A stretch of DNA of 64,000 nt from an uncultured delta proteobacterium. Its GTDB lineage: Bacteria; Desulfobacterota; Desulfomonilia; Desulfomonilales; Desulfomonilaceae. The position numbers and the translations under genes were made by a program. Position 1 is the stretch's first letter, and each line of letters opens with the position of its first letter. The notes beneath the pieces are model-generated. The model saw nothing but the letters and a program-made list of their open reading frames with translations. It was not told where the DNA came from and made no database searches. Of the stretch, positions 1 to 9,958 are shown piece by piece. The stretch spans positions 1,504,001 to 1,568,000 of the forward strand of contig CAWBKB010000001.1 in NCBI GenBank assembly GCA_963789265.1, in the 5' to 3' direction.

Positions 1-1004
1 AAATAGTCCCTGAGATTGCGGGGAGTTTCTCTCAGGCATTCCATACGTGACGTAAACCGGGCAAAGGGAGTCTGGCCGGTGGAAGAATGTACCCGCTGGT
101 GGTAGATGTCACCCAGCCAGAAGAAGAGGGCTTGATTCAGATCGGCAAGCGTAGTGCCTTTGAAGCCGGACAGAAAATCGCCCCTCACTGTGCGGAAGAA
201 CCGCTCGATTTTCCCTTTGCCTTGTGGCTTGTACGGCCGTGCATGGATAAGGGCGATCCCGAGGCTCGCGGTGACATGCTCCAGGTGATGGGAACGAAAG
301 GCGCTCCCATTGTCGGTATAGATTTTCCTGGGGAGTCCTCTGGTCAAGAGGGCTTCCTCAAGGGCTTTCAAATACGATGGAAGCGACTCGGTGAGATAAA
401 ACTCGGCATGAGGAACCAGGCGAGAGTGATCGTCGATGAATGCAAGGAGATAGGTTTTCCTCTTCTTCCCCTCGTGCTCCACGCTCGGGCCATGCATGCA
501 GTCGGACTGCCACAGATCGTTCGGTAACTCAGCTTCGAATTTCCGTCGATCTTCGAGCCTGGCCTCATCTCCCTTCATCAGACCATTGGTTCTCAGGAAG
601 CGGTGTACCGTTGTAGCGGTGAGAGTGATGCCAGGCGATACCAGTCGTCTCTTGTTCATCTCACGGATCAGCCGGGCGACCGTTGCCTTGGAAAGCTCCG
701 CCCTCAAACGGATCAAAGCCAAACCGGTCTCTTCATCTATGGCGCGGCTCTTCCCATGATCTGATCTATCATGGTTAGCCAGCGCCTCCAGTTTGCCGCC
801 AGAGTCTTTGTAGAGCTTCACCCAGCGCAGGATAGTGCTCCGGGTAATACGGGTCTTGTCCGAGAATGGAATCACCCATTTTCGGTCGCACTTGTCCCTT
901 ATGAGCCTCTCCTGCTCGCCAGGTTCGAGCGCCGCATGTCCTACGAGGTCATGAATCACCCCGAACCGAAACGTTGCAATCTGCTTTTTCTTATCTTCCT
1001 CCAT
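1..1004 (-). CDS. DDE (rve integrase-core) transposase, 3' end outside the window
   Basis: Manual translation MEEDKKKQIATFRFG...RFTSRMECLRETPRNLRDYF; colinear and in frame with the 12599 paralog; absent from the ORF track because it has no stop in the window. Confidence 0.9.
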   Translation of the reverse strand, partial: MEEDKKKQIATFRFGVIHDLVGHAALEPGEQERLIRDKCDRKWVIPFSDKTRITRSTILRWVKLYKDSGGKLEALANHDRSDHGKSRAIDEETGLALIRLRAELSKATVARLIREMNKRRLVSPGITLTATTVHRFLRTNGLMKGDEARLEDRRKFEAELPNDLWQSDCMHGPSVEHEGKKRKTYLLAFIDDHSRLVPHAEFYLTESLPSYLKALEEALLTRGLPRKIYTDNGSAFRSHHLEHVTASLGIALIHARPYKPQGKGKIERFFRTVRGDFLSGFKGTTLADLNQALFFWLGDIYHQRVHSSTGQTPFARFTSRMECLRETPRNLRDY

Positions 1005-1108
1005 CGATCTGCCTCCTTGGGTATGTTGTCTGGGGTGGTACTCCCAAGACAATCCCAGGACAACGACACTCTTCGGTAGGGTGTGTGAGCGTCGATGGAC
1101 AGTGCAGA

Positions 1109-1555
1109 TTAGATGCGACGGGAAACCGGGTTCTCATTTTTGAGTATCAGCTCATCGAATCCCTCCAGCAGGCGTTTGCTCCATTCCTGCCCAAACCGGG
1201 CACACACTCTCCGTGTAAGAGACCTCAGCCAATGGCCCTGCCGAGACCGTGAAATGCCTGCGGGCCATCTCCCATGCTCCAGCCTGAAAGCGATGGACGA
1301 ACGGACCGTCTCGATAGACGCTTGTACCCGTTTGAAATAGCCCGATGGTCGCGCCCTCATCACGCACCTGCACTCCGGGCAGCGATACCGTCGCAAAAAG
1401 AGCTGTTCAGAAAAACCGTCAAAAAAGGCAGGGACAAAGCCATGATACCAGACCCGACGCCCCTCACACCGAGGGCACGCCTCCGGTCTCGGCCAAGGAA
1501 AATCCCGCCCCCTCGCAACTATCTCCTTGATGGAAACAAGAACAGGGAATATCAT
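1109..1555 (-). CDS. IS accessory zinc-ribbon protein (DUF6431-like)
   Basis: CPRC..WYHG..RYRCPEC motifs; 148 aa, paralog of 12047..12493. Confidence 0.85.
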   Translation of the reverse strand: MIFPVLVSIKEIVARGRDFPWPRPEACPRCEGRRVWYHGFVPAFFDGFSEQLFLRRYRCPECRCVMRARPSGYFKRVQASIETVRSSIAFRLEHGRWPAGISRSRQGHWLRSLTRRVCARFGQEWSKRLLEGFDELILKNENPVSRRI

Positions 1556-1723
1556 CAGAACATCCTTTTGTAGGGCCTTACGGCCCGTACATGTTTCGGG
1601 CGGTAGCTCCGTCAAGCCACCGCCCTCTTCATTCCGTCCATCTATTCTGATATTTTCCCCTGCCAGGTCAACCTATTCTGAAAATTTCACCCCTTTTCTG
1701 TCCATTCAATTCGAAATCCTACA

Positions 1724-2262
1724 CAAGGTTCAGACTACCCCTTCTTCGCGTCAGCTATGATCATGTAGTCAAGCGAGAAGGGGTGGCTTTTCTCGAATAT
1801 ATGATAGACCTTCACTTCGGAGAGGAGGCTGTCAAGAAAGGAATAGAAAAAGGACTGTTTGACCCTGATGAAGAGTACTTTCCCGGTATCGAATTCCCAG
1901 GTACTACGAAACTGCATAAAGAGATTCACAACCATGGCGTTTACGCCCCTGGAGATATGCTAAGGTTTCTGAATGAGGAGGAGAGGGAGACTCAACTTTG
2001 GTATCGTGTCCAAGATGAATCCCTAAACTGTCCTACACCTCCTGAACAGGGTCCGTGCAAAGCAACTGTCCAGTTAAAGATTCTAAAAGGTTGGAAGCAG
2101 CCGCAAGAGATTCTTTCCATCAAACGAACAGCAATTCTAACGGACTGCTCTCCGAATCTCGATATTCTTGGAGTCCACGGGTGGCATATAGCATTGGAGT
2201 TTGCAGAGTTCCTATGCTTTCAGGAACTCATGGGAAAGGTTGACAATCTGCTCCACTCGTGA
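1724..2262 (+). pseudogene. 3' part of a hypothetical gene interrupted by IS copy 1
   Basis: The frame of ORF 1783..2262 stays open upstream (RFRLPLLRVSYDHVVKREG) right to the IS end. Confidence 0.6.
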
Positions 2263-2319
2263 AGAGAGATTCCTAGGAGAACAAAATAGCGGCATGAGCG
2301 ACGGGACGAGGAATAACCG

Positions 2320-2622
2320 ATGGGAGCCAACTCTCTGAAAAAAGATAGAGAAACAATTATGTTGGAAAGTAGGGAATCCAGATTGATGCTGTGGGACCTG
2401 CTACGATTGAGGTATCCCCGATGGAACCTGATCGAGAGACCAATTGCGGTGGACGAAATACGGATAGAACTCAGGCAAGTCCTAAACCTCTTTTATCCTG
2501 GGCGAAAGAAATCGACCTTCAAGATATGGCAGCGTTTGAGGTTGTGGCCCCCACCGGAAATTCTTCACGATTGCCGGGATAAGGAGATTGCAGATGACGG
2601 ACGAAGAGAGCATCCGAATTGA
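2320..2622 (+). CDS. hypothetical protein
   Basis: ORF with GAGG RBS; no recognisable motif. Confidence 0.4.
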   Translation: MGANSLKKDRETIMLESRESRLMLWDLLRLRYPRWNLIERPIAVDEIRIELRQVLNLFYPGRKKSTFKIWQRLRLWPPPEILHDCRDKEIADDGRREHPN

Positions 2623-2914
2623 TGACAAAAAGGTTGGGGAGGTTAATCGAATAATGGCTTCCCTGGGCTTTCATCTGTATAAATCTCTCGATTCTCCGAG
2701 AGGTCTGGGTCAGTTTACGAGCCTGATCATGTATGTGCATGGAGATACCGAGGAGTCGATGTTCGTTTCATTTCCAAATCGGGTAGAAGCCGAGCGAGGC
2801 ACTGGGATCACCATTGAGGCAGAATACCGCGACAAGTCAGAGCTATGGGCGTCTTTAAGCGAATTTGAGGAAAATGTGGCATCGTGGATGGAAGAATGCA
2901 GAGGTAGATCATGA
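2594..2914 (+). CDS. hypothetical protein
   Basis: AAGGAG RBS before ATG at 2594; acidic, globular-looking sequence. Confidence 0.6.
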   Translation: MTDEESIRIDDKKVGEVNRIMASLGFHLYKSLDSPRGLGQFTSLIMYVHGDTEESMFVSFPNRVEAERGTGITIEAEYRDKSELWASLSEFEENVASWMEECRGRS

Positions 2915-3195
2915 GTGAATAAGTCCCTCAGCGTGTTTAGCCAGCCTGTCCTAACCCTTTTCGATTGTGCGAGGCACATAAAAAACCTCGACGGGTGCTA
3001 CCGGTTATCCCCCCTAGCACTGAAAAGAGAGGGCTAGCACGCTGGCGGATCCAACATAAACGTGCTGAGCAGGCCAGGAAAGAGATACCGGTACTGTCAC
3101 CACATTTTCGTTGCCTATTCTGCACATCATCTGGTAGCCTGCCCGCATTCAATTTCCTGCCTCATTGGCTTACCTCCAGTAGCTATGAGTGCTGC

Positions 3196-3225
3196 CCGTT
3201 GGTTTGGCAGCGGGCTTCTTTTTTT
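3196..3225 (+). terminator. Intrinsic terminator-like hairpin
   Basis: GCCCGTTG...CAGCGGGC stem followed by a T-run. Confidence 0.5.
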
Positions 3226-3349
3226 GGGGGGAGTCCCCAAAACGCCCCTGGTATCATGAACTTTTGCTCTGGCCTTGACTTCCAGGCGGCCTGGTGGTGG
3301 ACCCGTTCCGCAGTAGGGGTATCCCAATTGAGATCGAGAACGTAAGAGC

Positions 3350-4624
3350 ATGTCTCTAAATATCGGGGAACAAAAACGACCAAGCAGGCAAAGTCTATAC
3401 GCGCTGGATTGCCTCAATTTCTTTCTTGCTGATGTTCGTACAGGCGTCGGACCATTTCTGGTGACTTATCTCCTAGCCGTTCACCACTGGAACCCTGCTG
3501 AAATTGGGGTAGTGATGTCCGTTATGGGAATTGCCAATCTCCTTGCAGACACCCCATGTGGGGCATTGGTCGATACAGTCAAAAGGAAGCGCCTCTTGAT
3601 CGTTGCCGCCGCCTTGTTAATGGGCGTTAGCTGCACTTTTATAACGATTTTCCCAACCTTTTATTGTATCAGTGCGGCGCAGATCGTCAACGGGGTCGTA
3701 TCGGCTCTTTTCGCTCCGGCTCTAGCCGCTATCACGTTGGGCATCGTGAGTCAACCAACGTTCGCAAGTCGGATCGGGCGTAATGAAGTCTTCAATCATG
3801 CGGGAAATGTTGCTACTGCTCTATTGGCCGGTATAGTGGGACATCTCTTGGGACAAGAGTGGATTTTCTACTTGGTTGCGATTATTGCGGGTGCCAGTGC
3901 TGTGTCCGTACTTTTGATTAGAAACGATGACATTGACTACCTCCGATCGCGAGGGGGCGCTCTAAAGATAACACCCGACGGGGTGGTTGCTTTGGGTATA
4001 AGAGCTTTATTCGCTGACCGAAAGATCTTGATCTTTGCCGTTGCCGTGACTTTGTTTCATTTCGCTAATGCGGCAATGCTCCCTTTGGCAGGACAATTGC
4101 TCACGCGGAATAACGAGAGATTTGCTTCCCTTAATATGTCGGCATGCATCGTCGCCGCCCAACTGATTATGATTCCCGTGGCTTTTTTATCTGGCAAATG
4201 GGGCAACACCTGGGGCAGAAAACCCATTTTTATGATAGGTTTTGCAATTCTGCCTATCCGAGGCTTTCTCTATATCCTGAGTGATAATCCGATCTTCATC
4301 GTTTCTGTACAATTGCTTGACGGGATTGGGGCCGGTATTTTCGGAGTGTTGTCAGTCGTTGTGGTAGCCGATCTCACCCAGGGGACAGGACGATACAATC
4401 TCGTGTTGGGAGCTATTGCCACTGCTCACAGCATCGGGGCCTCACTCAGCAACGTGGTGTCAGGCTATATTGTGCATGCTTGGGGCTTCAATACAGGCTT
4501 TCTGTTTCTCGCCTCTGTTGCGGCATTGGCCTTGGCTATCTTCGGCTTGATGATGCCTGAGACCAAGAGACTTCAGCCGATTTCAGCGGCATCCCTTTCG
4601 GAAGAGATAAAGAATTCATCTTAG
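3350..4624 (+). CDS. MFS transporter
   Basis: 424 aa, about 12 hydrophobic segments, G-x-LVD-x-x-KRK and GKWGNTWGRK MFS loop motifs. Confidence 0.92.
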   Translation: MSLNIGEQKRPSRQSLYALDCLNFFLADVRTGVGPFLVTYLLAVHHWNPAEIGVVMSVMGIANLLADTPCGALVDTVKRKRLLIVAAALLMGVSCTFITIFPTFYCISAAQIVNGVVSALFAPALAAITLGIVSQPTFASRIGRNEVFNHAGNVATALLAGIVGHLLGQEWIFYLVAIIAGASAVSVLLIRNDDIDYLRSRGGALKITPDGVVALGIRALFADRKILIFAVAVTLFHFANAAMLPLAGQLLTRNNERFASLNMSACIVAAQLIMIPVAFLSGKWGNTWGRKPIFMIGFAILPIRGFLYILSDNPIFIVSVQLLDGIGAGIFGVLSVVVVADLTQGTGRYNLVLGAIATAHSIGASLSNVVSGYIVHAWGFNTGFLFLASVAALALAIFGLMMPETKRLQPISAASLSEEIKNSS

Positions 4625-4737
4625 TTTCTTCGAACTATGCTCCATCAGTGTTGGACTGAGTCGTCACTCCGGGATCACGGCTGGGCAGATTCGGCAACAT
4701 GGTGAAGTAGATAGGCAAGGTGCCTGATTCAGAATAA

Positions 4738-4950
4738 AAACTTCTGGCAATCATCAAGACCAGCCTCATCGCCGGAGAGGACTTAATGATCTCCGGCTTC
4801 GGAAAGTGGAACGTCAAGTCAAAGCACGCCAGGCGTGGCAGGAACCCTCAAACCGGCGAGGAGATGGTGCTTGATGCCCGTAGAGTCGTGACCTGGAGTT
4901 ATTCGCCGGTATTGAAGAAGGCGGTGAATGTGGCTGGGAAAACGTCTTAG
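4738..4950 (+). pseudogene. N-terminally truncated IHF/HU-family DNA-binding protein
   Basis: Manual translation KLLAIIKTSLIAGEDLMISGFGKWNVKSKHARRGRNPQTGEEMVLDARRVVTW...; TAA at 4735-4737 and no first helix. Confidence 0.8.
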
Positions 4951-4965
4951 ACAGTCCTGCTATAA

Positions 4966-5886
4966 ATGAAACGAGAGCTGATGATGTCGCGAAAATCCCA
5001 AAAGAAAAAGACCAAAGGGACAAAGCCGTCGGACTGGATCAAGTCCAGGCAGAGGAATCAAGAACTCTTTCACGACACAAATTTTGTCTCTTACAGGCCG
5101 GGAGAAGAGAAGATGTCCGAAGATCTGACAAAGATCGTGAATGATGCGACGATAGCAATTTACAAGTGCCAGCTCTCCATTGGTGGAGATCAGGCCGCGA
5201 TGGAGGCTGGGAAACGTGGGGAACACATAGCTCCGTTCGTTTTATACCAGCACATCATTGCAATGGCAGATGGTGTTGCGGTCTTGATCTCACAGGATCG
5301 TTCAGCGGGGTCAATGGTGCCCCTTCTGCGCAGCATGTTCGAAGCGGTCCTATTCTTGGAATACATATTAGAAGGGAATTATGAGGAACGGTCTCTCTCC
5401 TGGTTTTGCTCCTACATCCACAAGAGCATTGAACGTTACGAGCTAATAGACCCGTCAACACCCAAAGGAAAGGAACTATTGAAAACGCTGGGGGAGGAGG
5501 GGACACTGGACTCTTTTCACCCTGATCCCGCACCAGGCACTGTTGTCGAGAAACTCAACAGAGTGTTGGTCAACGAGCTATCTGAGGTGGAAAAGAAATA
5601 CAAGAAAGGCAAAGACTGGTACTCGTCGCTCGATAATGGTCCTAGTAACATACGCGAACTCGCCCGCCATCTTCACAAAATGGGCCATTACCTTCTCCTC
5701 TATCGGCACTGGTCTTCCACAATCCACGCCTCGGATGCGTCGCATTTTCTGACTAAGAACGCGACCGGAAGGCTCGCATTCCGTCCCCGAGAACAGCCTG
5801 AGCTGATTGCACATTATGGCCACGCTGCTACCATGTTTATGAAAATGGCTACGTCATCAATGACTAGGAAGTTCATTCCTGGTTAA
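4966..5886 (+). CDS. DUF5677-like helical protein
   Basis: LLRSMFEA and Y..WS..IH motifs typical of this family. Confidence 0.65.
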   Translation: MKRELMMSRKSQKKKTKGTKPSDWIKSRQRNQELFHDTNFVSYRPGEEKMSEDLTKIVNDATIAIYKCQLSIGGDQAAMEAGKRGEHIAPFVLYQHIIAMADGVAVLISQDRSAGSMVPLLRSMFEAVLFLEYILEGNYEERSLSWFCSYIHKSIERYELIDPSTPKGKELLKTLGEEGTLDSFHPDPAPGTVVEKLNRVLVNELSEVEKKYKKGKDWYSSLDNGPSNIRELARHLHKMGHYLLLYRHWSSTIHASDASHFLTKNATGRLAFRPREQPELIAHYGHAATMFMKMATSSMTRKFIPG

Positions 5887-6188
5887 GACCTCAGTTGGTG
5901 ACGTATATCTACACCTTTGACAATTGAAAACGAGTCAACGGCAGCTTCATAGGAATGACGTAGCGCGCCGATTTTGACCTGGGCAACGTTTGGTGGGATT
6001 CGCTCCGGCCCCCTCTCAGATCGCCTCTGGTTGCCTCTGAGTCAAAGAGGATCTGCTGGAGCGGATTGCTTTCCGAGATTCTACTCAAGACTGTACGCTG
6101 ACAGTCTCTACAACCGTGACCAACCCTTCCTCCATCACCGCTAAATTGCCTTGATACCATCCGATGGTAATCCCATACCACTAATTTC

Positions 6189-6226
6189 TTGACCAGCACA
6201 ACCTCTGCGTGGTATAGCATTACCAC
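6189..6226 (+). promoter_or_regulatory. Sigma70-like promoter overlapped by palindromic operator GTGGTA-N6-TACCAC
   Basis: TTGACC at 6189, operator 6209-6226; same layout repeated at 6696-6733. Confidence 0.6.
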
Positions 6227-6317
6227 AAAGTAATTGTCTTCTAGGCCCTATCCTGGCTTCCGTTGGCTATGAATAAGAGCCTCTGCGCTCAAATCAAAGC
6301 CATACGGAGGAGAGAGA

Positions 6318-6677
6318 ATGAAGCCCAAGAAACAGCAAACCAACCCCAAAGCGCCCGCTACCACATCTTTACCACAATGGCTGTTAGAAGAGTCCGACAC
6401 GCTCAAAGACATGATTGAGTGGTGGAAATCGAGAGAATCCGCCAGTATGGATGCAGCCGGTCGCAGACCGTTGTTCGTCGGGAAAACCAAAAATACTGGA
6501 ATCAGAGTCAATGAGACGATCTTGGAGAGAGCCGTAGAGAAATCTAAGCGTGAAAGAGCGAAAACGGGCGGTAATCTCTCGCAGCTTATGGAATGGCTCT
6601 TATGGATTTACATCGGCAGCCCGGAAGATGTGGTGGAAGATCCGCATCCGCCAAAACAAAATACCCCTACCGGGTAA
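6318..6677 (+). CDS. Putative ribbon-helix-helix-like DNA-binding protein (paralog 1)
   Basis: GGAGGAG RBS; NTGIRVNETILERA...GGNLSQLMEWLLW beta-alpha-alpha pattern shared with the next gene. Confidence 0.65.
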   Translation: MKPKKQQTNPKAPATTSLPQWLLEESDTLKDMIEWWKSRESASMDAAGRRPLFVGKTKNTGIRVNETILERAVEKSKRERAKTGGNLSQLMEWLLWIYIGSPEDVVEDPHPPKQNTPTG

Positions 6678-6695
6678 CATGATACCACTTTCTGA

Positions 6696-6733
6696 TTGAC
6701 ATAGTGGGGATGAGTGTGGTACTAAGTTACCAC
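6696..6733 (+). promoter_or_regulatory. Sigma70-like promoter overlapped by operator GTGGTA-N6-TACCAC
   Basis: TTGACA at 6696, operator 6716-6733. Confidence 0.6.
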
Positions 6734-6757
6734 ATAAAAACCGGGAGGGTGTCCGCG

Positions 6758-7213
6758 GTGTCAGCAGAAAGCCAGCCCATTCACAAAACGGCTGAAAAGG
6801 AAGGGTCACTCCTCGATTGTCCCCCTAGCACCCTATCCTCACCTGAAGATCCTTCCGAACAAGATACCGACCCAGACAGCCCCTGCGAGGCCGAAAAAGG
6901 CGGAGAGAAGTCTCCTCTGGGGGAGGATGATCTCGACACTTTGAAGCGGATGGTGGAGGAGTACAAGGCCCATCGCGTAGATTTCACCAGTTTGCCCAGG
7001 CGTCCGCGATTCAAAGGACCGAGGATCAACACCGGTATCACTATTCGCGCTGAGATAAGAAATAGAGCATTGGAAAGGGCTAAAGCGGATCCCGATGGTA
7101 CGGGAGGCGGGAACTTCAGTGGACTGATTGAGCTGCTGTTGTGGGTGTTTCTGGGGTGTCCCGAAGATGTCATAGACAGGGCTGCTGCATCAGAGAGCGA
7201 TCCTCAAGAATAA
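6758..7213 (+). CDS. Putative ribbon-helix-helix-like DNA-binding protein (paralog 2)
   Basis: GGGAGG RBS then in-frame GTG at 6758; NTGITIRAEIRNRA...GGNFSGLIELLLW. Confidence 0.65.
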   Translation: MSAESQPIHKTAEKEGSLLDCPPSTLSSPEDPSEQDTDPDSPCEAEKGGEKSPLGEDDLDTLKRMVEEYKAHRVDFTSLPRRPRFKGPRINTGITIRAEIRNRALERAKADPDGTGGGNFSGLIELLLWVFLGCPEDVIDRAAASESDPQE

Positions 7214-7315
7214 TTTTCGGACTTTGTCCCTATCTGACACACAAGGGTGAGAAACTAGGGGGGGACGCCCCTGAAGAAGGAATCGTATCTCACAAGGTCA
7301 TGAAAGGGAAATCTT

Positions 7316-7558
7316 ATGAAGACGATTCTGACGGTGCTGATCTTGCTCTGCTTCCCTGTCTTCGGGTTCGCTGCTGACAAGACCATCAAAGGCGAAATCA
7401 GGGATAGTTCCGGGAAACTGCTTTACAAGAGCTATACCAGAGGCAATACGACCGAGACTCGTGATCCGATGGGAAAATTGGTCACGAAGTCCAGGACAAG
7501 AAACGGTAAGACCGAGGTCAGGTCTCCGAGTGGGAAACTTCTGTACAAGGCGAAATAA
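7316..7558 (+). CDS. Small secreted protein with three E.R...GKL..K repeats
   Basis: Signal peptide; repeats EIRDSSGKLLYKS / ETRDPMGKLVTKS / EVRSPSGKLLYKA. Confidence 0.75.
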   Translation: MKTILTVLILLCFPVFGFAADKTIKGEIRDSSGKLLYKSYTRGNTTETRDPMGKLVTKSRTRNGKTEVRSPSGKLLYKAK

Positions 7559-7596
7559 CCGGAATTCATCTACAGAGGTTGAAAAGGAGAATCTTT

Positions 7597-8145
7597 ATGA
7601 GGCGGATATTCTCTTTGTTTTTTTTTATTTCTATATCCCTCGTTTCGACTGTCCTGGCTCAAACGAGCGATCCAGGGGCTTGTGACATCAATCGAGCAAT
7701 TTTCAACAACGACCTAGACCGGATCGAGAAGCTCCTGGACGCCGGATGCGACGTGAACGGGAAGTGCGGGGGCGAGACGCCGCTGCTGGCTGTCTGCAAG
7801 CTCATGGGAAGCCCCGTTGGAGACGAGCAAAAAGCAAAGGTGATACGGATTCTCCTTGAAAGAGGCGCAAATCCGAATACTCAGGACAACCTGGGAGAAA
7901 CCCCTTTAATAAAAGTGTTGAAAATCTCTTCTGCCGATAATCTCTCCGTCTCAGTTATCGAACTCCTGCTGGACAGAGGAGCCGATCCCAACGTGAAAGA
8001 CCGAACTGGCAAATCTGCGATCCAAGCAGGTTTGACCCACAACAACAGGCAGGTATCAGACGTTTTTGCCGCATATCTGAAACGTCAGAAGCAAGCCCAG
8101 CGGGAGGTACAGCCTGCCGCTGAGAGAGACGTTCAGCAGAAGTGA
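7597..8145 (+). CDS. Secreted ankyrin-repeat protein
   Basis: Signal peptide; GETPL, LLERGANPN, LLDRGADPN repeats. Confidence 0.9.
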   Translation: MRRIFSLFFFISISLVSTVLAQTSDPGACDINRAIFNNDLDRIEKLLDAGCDVNGKCGGETPLLAVCKLMGSPVGDEQKAKVIRILLERGANPNTQDNLGETPLIKVLKISSADNLSVSVIELLLDRGADPNVKDRTGKSAIQAGLTHNNRQVSDVFAAYLKRQKQAQREVQPAAERDVQQK

Positions 8146-8249
8146 TCAGAATATCCGGTCAACGAAGCGCAACAGGATTTCGGGGTACAAGGCAATAGAG
8201 CGACTTCCTCAGACGATCCGAGACTAGGCTGTAAAAGGGGCGGGGTTTA

Positions 8250-9296
8250 ATGGGCTTATTGGGGAGGTTATTCGGGAAGAAATCAGATGACGGCTCTCAG
8301 GCTGCTAAGGACGAGCAGCTTGCCTGCCTCTATGAAGCCTGCTCAACTGGGAATCTTCCCATCATCAGCGATCCTCCGGTGATCCTGAAAAGAGGCGAGA
8401 CGGCACATTTCGTATCCCCCGTCGCCGTGATCGAGCAGAAAACCGATATAACAACTTATCGAGCCTATGCCGGGACTCGTTTGAAGATAGGAAGCCTCCC
8501 CATCTACCTTGGAGGAAGTGCGCCGAAGAAGGTCTCCAACGAAGCTCTGACTCCGATGGGTGACGGCTGGCTTATCATCACGAACCGGCGGGTTGTCGTC
8601 TCAGGAACCAAGATCAATTACAGCACCCAACTCGACAGGATTACCAACTGGAAACTGTTCACAGACGCCATTCAGATACTGTGGGAAGGGAGATACGGCG
8701 GCAGATTCTACAAAATGGATGATCCAAGAGTTCCTGCCCTCATACTTGAAACCCTCATATCAGGGGTCCCGTCCCCCGAATCAGTGGGGCTGGACTCAAG
8801 TGTGTCTCCAACGACTCCTGAAGACTTCGTGTATGCGGCTTCGGAGGGGCTACTAGACGTTGTGGTCGAAAGCCTGGACAAAGGCATGGACCCTAACACA
8901 ACGGAAGACGATCACGGCTTCACCGCTTTGATAGCTGCCGCAAGCAACGGACATTCCGACCTGGTGAGCCTTCTTCTTGATGTAGGCGCGGATCCCGACG
9001 TTAAAACAGACCTTGGCTACACGGCTTTGATGTTTGCAGCTTTGGACGGCTACGTCGAGACAGTAAAACTTCTTTTAGGTGCTGAGGCCAAGGTGAACGT
9101 CAAAAACGATGAAGGCGCAACGGCACTGATACTCGCAGCCTTGAATGGTCATTATGAAGTCGTGGAAAGCCTGCTCCGAAAAGGAGCCAGGGTAAATCTT
9201 AAAACCAAAAATGGAAGAACTGCTCTGGATGCTGCCATCTATGGGGACCACGCGGAGATAGCAGAGCTTTTGCGGGCGTATGGGGCGAAGGGTTGA
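8250..9296 (+). CDS. Ankyrin-repeat protein with N-terminal beta-rich (PH-like) domain
   Basis: N-terminal LKRGE...GWLIITNRRVV; C-terminal G.TAL..AA..G ankyrin repeats. Confidence 0.88.
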   Translation: MGLLGRLFGKKSDDGSQAAKDEQLACLYEACSTGNLPIISDPPVILKRGETAHFVSPVAVIEQKTDITTYRAYAGTRLKIGSLPIYLGGSAPKKVSNEALTPMGDGWLIITNRRVVVSGTKINYSTQLDRITNWKLFTDAIQILWEGRYGGRFYKMDDPRVPALILETLISGVPSPESVGLDSSVSPTTPEDFVYAASEGLLDVVVESLDKGMDPNTTEDDHGFTALIAAASNGHSDLVSLLLDVGADPDVKTDLGYTALMFAALDGYVETVKLLLGAEAKVNVKNDEGATALILAALNGHYEVVESLLRKGARVNLKTKNGRTALDAAIYGDHAEIAELLRAYGAKG

Positions 9297-9368
9297 GAAT
9301 CAACTACTTTTTGAGTCGCAGGGTTGTGCCTGACAACCCTAAGAAACTTCGAGGGAAGGGGTACGAAG

Positions 9369-9884
9369 ATGTCTGAGGAAGTTGTAGTTATGTCACCGGC
9401 AAAGGCTAAGCTTCAACTGGCCTTGTTAAACTCATCAGCGGCGAATCTGGAAAAGCGGGATTTCATCGTCCGGTTTACCAATGCAGGGCTTCCACAAGAA
9501 ATTGTCGTGAGGCTCGATGAATGGTGGGACAAAACCAAAATCGTTGCGGGTGAGGTCATAAACATAGGGAAAATCCTGATCCAAAAAATCTGGGAATTCG
9601 TTGCTGCCACTCCCAACATGTTGATAGGTGCGGCTGTGGGTGCGGCTATCGGTGCGTTGGTGGGTTTGATTCCGTTCATCGGCCCTCTATTAGCACCCGC
9701 CGGTATGACTATCGGGGCAGTCCTGGGTGGACTCTGGGGCTTTGAACAGGACAGGGCTAATCGTGGTGACGTCATAAAAGGGGGACCCATCGGCGTAGCT
9801 GAAAACCTGGTTGGTCTCGCTAAGGAATTTTTCAAACTCTTCGCGGGAATAATGATAGCCCTCAAAGACTACTTTGCAGCTTGA
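9369..9884 (+). CDS. Glycine-zipper membrane protein
   Basis: GAAVGAAIGALVG...GAVLGGLWG hydrophobic hairpin. Confidence 0.7.
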   Translation: MSEEVVVMSPAKAKLQLALLNSSAANLEKRDFIVRFTNAGLPQEIVVRLDEWWDKTKIVAGEVINIGKILIQKIWEFVAATPNMLIGAAVGAAIGALVGLIPFIGPLLAPAGMTIGAVLGGLWGFEQDRANRGDVIKGGPIGVAENLVGLAKEFFKLFAGIMIALKDYFAA

Positions 9885-9958
9885 TTTTACACTCAGGGGG
9901 GCGGCTCTTACAGCCGCTCCCTGAAGAAATCCGAGAGGATTTTAGGGAGGTATGTGGG

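Larger units (their letters stand above)
1..1723 (-). mobile_element. Insertion sequence copy 1 (DUF6431-type ORF + DDE transposase; Mu/IS21-like three-gene element), runs off the window
   Basis: Left end TGTAGGATTTCGAATTG starts at 1723 on the minus strand and is homologous to the left end of copy 2 at 11877; same gene order. Confidence 0.9.

Noticed and set aside
87..1079. Plus-strand ORFs over the IS, and similar antisense ORFs throughout the track
   Set aside because: They are shadows of real genes on the opposite strand.
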